Below are positions 61,682 to 64,000 of a stretch of DNA of 64,000 bases, in pieces. Source of the DNA: a virus. Lineage: Duplodnaviria; Caudoviricetes. Each line of letters opens with the position of its first letter. Positions within the stretch are counted from its first letter, which is position 1. A program made the translations under genes and the position numbers. Location of the stretch: positions 2,574-66,573 of IMG/VR virus record IMGVR_UViG_3300004481_001142. One strand, 5' to 3'. The notes under the pieces were generated by a model. The model was not told the DNA's origin and made no database searches. It saw nothing but the letters and a program-made list of their open reading frames with translations.

Positions 61682-64000
61682 TTATACCGCGAAAGCCTTT
61701 GAAATCGAAGCGTAGTAATTTGTACCATTATAATAAATAACAACTACATCGATAGAATTAGCTGCAGTACTAAGCACTAACCCACTTGCTTTTCCACCCG
61801 GCGCGTACACTGTTGCCGGCCATGTCGCAACCCATCCTCCCGTCCCGTCTTGGATACATCTTAACACAAAGTTGCCCGGACCTAGAGGTGCTGTAAATGT
61901 GAAAGTACAAGCTGCTGTCATAGTAACAGATTGTTTCTGACCGTTATTCCAATCTATTGTTTTTGTACCAGTACTATTTCCATTGCTATATTCTGCATCA
62001 TAAGTTGCAGTATGCAACGAGCTCATCTTATTTGAATCATCAAGAATAACTCCACTGTTTTGAATTACTTTGCCTGTTTCCAAGTGAAAACGAACTACAG
62101 CATTATCTGTTGACGAACCCGGACCTGTTACATCTCCGCCTCCGCCACCGCCAGAATAGCCAGAAATTCCAGAGCCACTATAACCTGAGATACCACTGTA
62201 ACCTGAAATTCCGCTATATCCGCTATAACCAGACCTACCACTATAACCTGAAATTCCGCTGTAACCTGAAATTCCACTGTAACCTGAAATTCCACTGTAA
62301 CCGCTGTAACCGCTGTAACCTGAAACTCCACTATAACCGCTGTAACCTGAAATTCCGCTGTAACCTGAAATTCCGCTGTAACCTGAAATTCCACTGTAAC
62401 CGCTGTAACCGCTATAACCTGAAACTCCGCTGTAACCTGAAATGCCCGAATAACCACTATAGCCAGATATTCCCGAATATCCGCTATACCCTGAAATTCC
62501 TGAATACCCAGAATAACCACTTATTCCAGAATATCCAGACATTCCAGAATATCCACTATAGCCAGAAACACCACTATAACCAGAAATGCCTGAATATCCA
62601 CTATAGCCCGAATAGCCCGAAATACCGCTATAACCACTGTAGCCAGAAATTCCGCTGTAACCACTTATACCACTATAACCACTGTAGCCACTTACACCAC
62701 TATAACCTGAAATTCCACTATAACCACTGTAACCACTTATTCCACTATAACCGCTATAACCGCTATAACCTGAAATGCCTGAGTATCCTGACATTCCAGA
62801 ATATCCGCTCACTCCACTATAACCACTCACGCCTAACACAGCAAATGTTGTATCAACATAAGACATTCTTGCTGTATCTGCATACGTCCATGTAACTGTT
62901 CTTGCAGTTCCAGTACTATTAAACGCAAGAACTCTAACAACTATTCTATCAGTAGCTAATATCGATATATCAGAATTTATTGTCCATTCTGTTAAAAACT
63001 TTGTAACTGTCCCAGGTATACTTGACGGACCATTTGTCGTTGTAAAAAGAACAGTTGTCGTAAGACCGTCAGCTGATCTTGAACATACTTCATATTGAGC
63101 ACTACATGATGCATTTGTCGCAGAGAACCAACCAGTAAATTTCCATATACCAGCAGGAAGTAAACTATCTCCAGGAACTCCAACTACAGTCACATAGTTA
63201 TCAAACGGGATGCCTGATGAATCAGCATTCGTAACACCAACTAATGTTTCAGTATATCCACCGACAATACTTACAGGCAGTCGAGTAAGTTTTTCCGTGT
63301 CTATTGTTAATGTGGCATTAATTACATTATTTTCCTGTGTCAATGTACTTGTAACACATAATGTAATAGTAAGAGCAACAACTGACCTTATTTCAACAGT
63401 TTTATTATTTAATGATGTATTTGATATTGCAATTTTTTGATGAGCTACCCAACCGTCAATAACAAAACTTCCAGAAGCTCTTGTGATAGTTGCCGGAACA
63501 GCATTATTAAAAGTTAATGTGTCAGTTGTTGTCGGAATAGTAGTATCGCCACTAGTATGATCGTAATACAATCTCATGTACGACGACGTACCTGGAGAAC
63601 CACTATATCCTGAATAACCACTATACCCAGAAACGCCACTATAGCCGCTGTAGCCCGAAATACCACTGTAACCGCTATAGCCTGAAATACCGCTGTAACC
63701 ACTATAGCCCGAAACACCACTGTAACCACTATATCCTGAAATGCCACTCCCGCTATATCCTGAAACGCCTGAATAGCCGCTATAACCACTTTCACCACTA
63801 TATCCTGAATAGCCACTGTAACCGCTATAACCTGAAATACCACTGTAACCGCTATAACCTGAAATTCCGCTGTAACCGCTATAACCTGAAATTCCGCTGT
63901 AACCGCTATAACCTGAAATACCGCTATAACCACTATAGCCCGAAACACCACTCCCGCTATATCCCGAAATGCCTGAATAGCCGCTATAACCACTTTCACC
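61682..64000 (-). CDS. Collagen-like (Gly-X-Ser) tail fibre protein, 5'-partial
   Basis: The Met at 63577 is internal: the same frame stays open to 64000 as SGY repeats (...GYSGSPGTSSYMRLYY...). C-terminal GDVTGP.SSTDNAVVRF and IDWNNGQKQ...DGTGG...WP...LST.AN.ID.V...Y fibre motifs. Confidence 0.85.
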   Translation of the reverse strand, partial: GESGYSGYSGISGYSGSGVSGYSGYSGISGYSGYSGISGYSGYSGISGYSGYSGISGYSGYSGYSGYSGESGYSGYSGVSGYSGSGISGYSGYSGVSGYSGYSGISGYSGYSGISGYSGYSGVSGYSGYSGYSGSPGTSSYMRLYYDHTSGDTTIPTTTDTLTFNNAVPATITRASGSFVIDGWVAHQKIAISNTSLNNKTVEIRSVVALTITLCVTSTLTQENNVINATLTIDTEKLTRLPVSIVGGYTETLVGVTNADSSGIPFDNYVTVVGVPGDSLLPAGIWKFTGWFSATNASCSAQYEVCSRSADGLTTTVLFTTTNGPSSIPGTVTKFLTEWTINSDISILATDRIVVRVLAFNSTGTARTVTWTYADTARMSYVDTTFAVLGVSGYSGVSGYSGMSGYSGISGYSGYSGYSGISGYSGYSGISGYSGVSGYSGYSGISGYSGISGYSGYSGISGYSGYSGYSGISGYSGVSGYSGYSGMSGYSGISGYSGYSGISGYSGYSGISGYSGYSGISGYSGVSGYSGYSGYSGISGYSGISGYSGISGYSGYSGVSGYSGYSGYSGISGYSGISGYSGISGYSGRSGYSGYSGISGYSGISGYSGSGISGYSGGGGGGDVTGPGSSTDNAVVRFHLETGKVIQNSGVILDDSNKMSSLHTATYDAEYSNGNSTGTKTIDWNNGQKQSVTMTAACTFTFTAPLGPGNFVLRCIQDGTGGWVATWPATVYAPGGKASGLVLSTAANSIDVVVIYYNGTNYYASISKAFAV
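62140..62833 (-). repeat. Gly-[Tyr/Ile/Val]-Ser triplet repeat, block 2 (roughly 75 triplets)
   Basis: 9-bp-period coding repeat, e.g. ccactataa/cctgaaatt on the plus strand. Confidence 0.95.
63599..64000 (-). repeat. Gly-[Tyr/Ile/Val]-Ser triplet repeat, block 1 (continues beyond the window)
   Basis: Same 9-bp period; includes a duplicated GESGYSGYSG..GYSGSG unit near 63730-63796 and 63935-64000. Confidence 0.95.

Larger units (their letters stand above)
1..64000 (-). mobile_element. Structural (neck-tail-baseplate) module of a large contractile-tailed phage genome
   Basis: Contiguous single-strand gene run containing recognisable sheath, tube, tape measure, hub, spike, baseplate J, tail fibre and neck/adaptor genes; no cellular housekeeping genes. 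Confidence 0.93.

Noticed and set aside
877-62895. All plus-strand ORFs in the track (e.g. 877-1098, 7371-7682, 24501-24830, 50174-50680, 55041-55472, 62110-62895)
   Set aside because: Each lies antisense to a longer, motif-bearing minus-strand gene, has no RBS or recognisable domain, and has shadow-like composition.
63574-63999. ORF MKVVIAAIQAFRD... and similar 62128-62520
   Set aside because: These are off-frame readings of the Gly-X-Ser repeat; the SGY frame is continuous with the 61682 gene up to base 64000.
1-64000. Headless eCIS/tailocin locus rather than a phage
   Set aside because: Head-tail adaptor and head-closure-like genes are present, no DUF4255-type cap or Afp15-type AAA ATPase was recognised, and no host genes flank the region. 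The absence of capsid and terminase is explained by the window limits.
1-64000. Stop-codon reassignment (common in some large phages)
   Set aside because: Genes up to 8.6 kb are uninterrupted in code 11, and TAA, TGA and TAG all end genes at sensible junctions (e.g. TAG at 17007, 23255 and 26493).
61682-64000. CRISPR array or tRNA genes
   Set aside because: The only periodic DNA is coding (9-bp, ~120-bp and ~153-bp periods) without unique spacers, and intergenic gaps show no cloverleaf or T-loop motifs.

Overview
The whole 64 kb window is the virion-morphogenesis region of an AT-rich large (probably jumbo) contractile-tailed phage. All credible genes lie on the minus strand, tightly tiled in the standard code, often with ATGA/TAATG overlaps. 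In transcription order (right to left) it contains: (1) a Gly-X-Ser collagen-like fibre, two multidomain glycosyltransferases and an RCC1-repeat protein; (2) a LamG protein and a head-tail adaptor; (3) an array of four small genes sharing a 15-residue N-terminal leader; (4) a holin-like protein, a HAD hydrolase and a heavily decorated head-closure protein; (5) an actin-fold ATPase and a tail terminator; (6) a 2879-aa fibre with five tandem 7-bladed propellers; (7) sheath, tube, three chaperone paralogs and tape measure; (8) hub, spike, a putative spike tip, an ASH-repeat protein, a gp25-like wedge and baseplate J. No capsid, portal, terminase, replication, RNA genes or CRISPR array were recognised. 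The most striking observation is the leader array at 50772-52718. One conserved peptide (consensus MK[HY]L[AI]xIQxE[FV][LF][KR]xA, reminiscent of the T4 capsid-targeting sequence) is fused to unrelated domains that look like a CYTH triphosphate-tunnel enzyme, an ADP-ribosyltransferase and a nucleoside-deoxyribosyltransferase-like fold. This suggests a modular, capsid-loaded nucleotide/NAD-targeting payload. All family assignments come from motif recognition by eye; no database searches were run.
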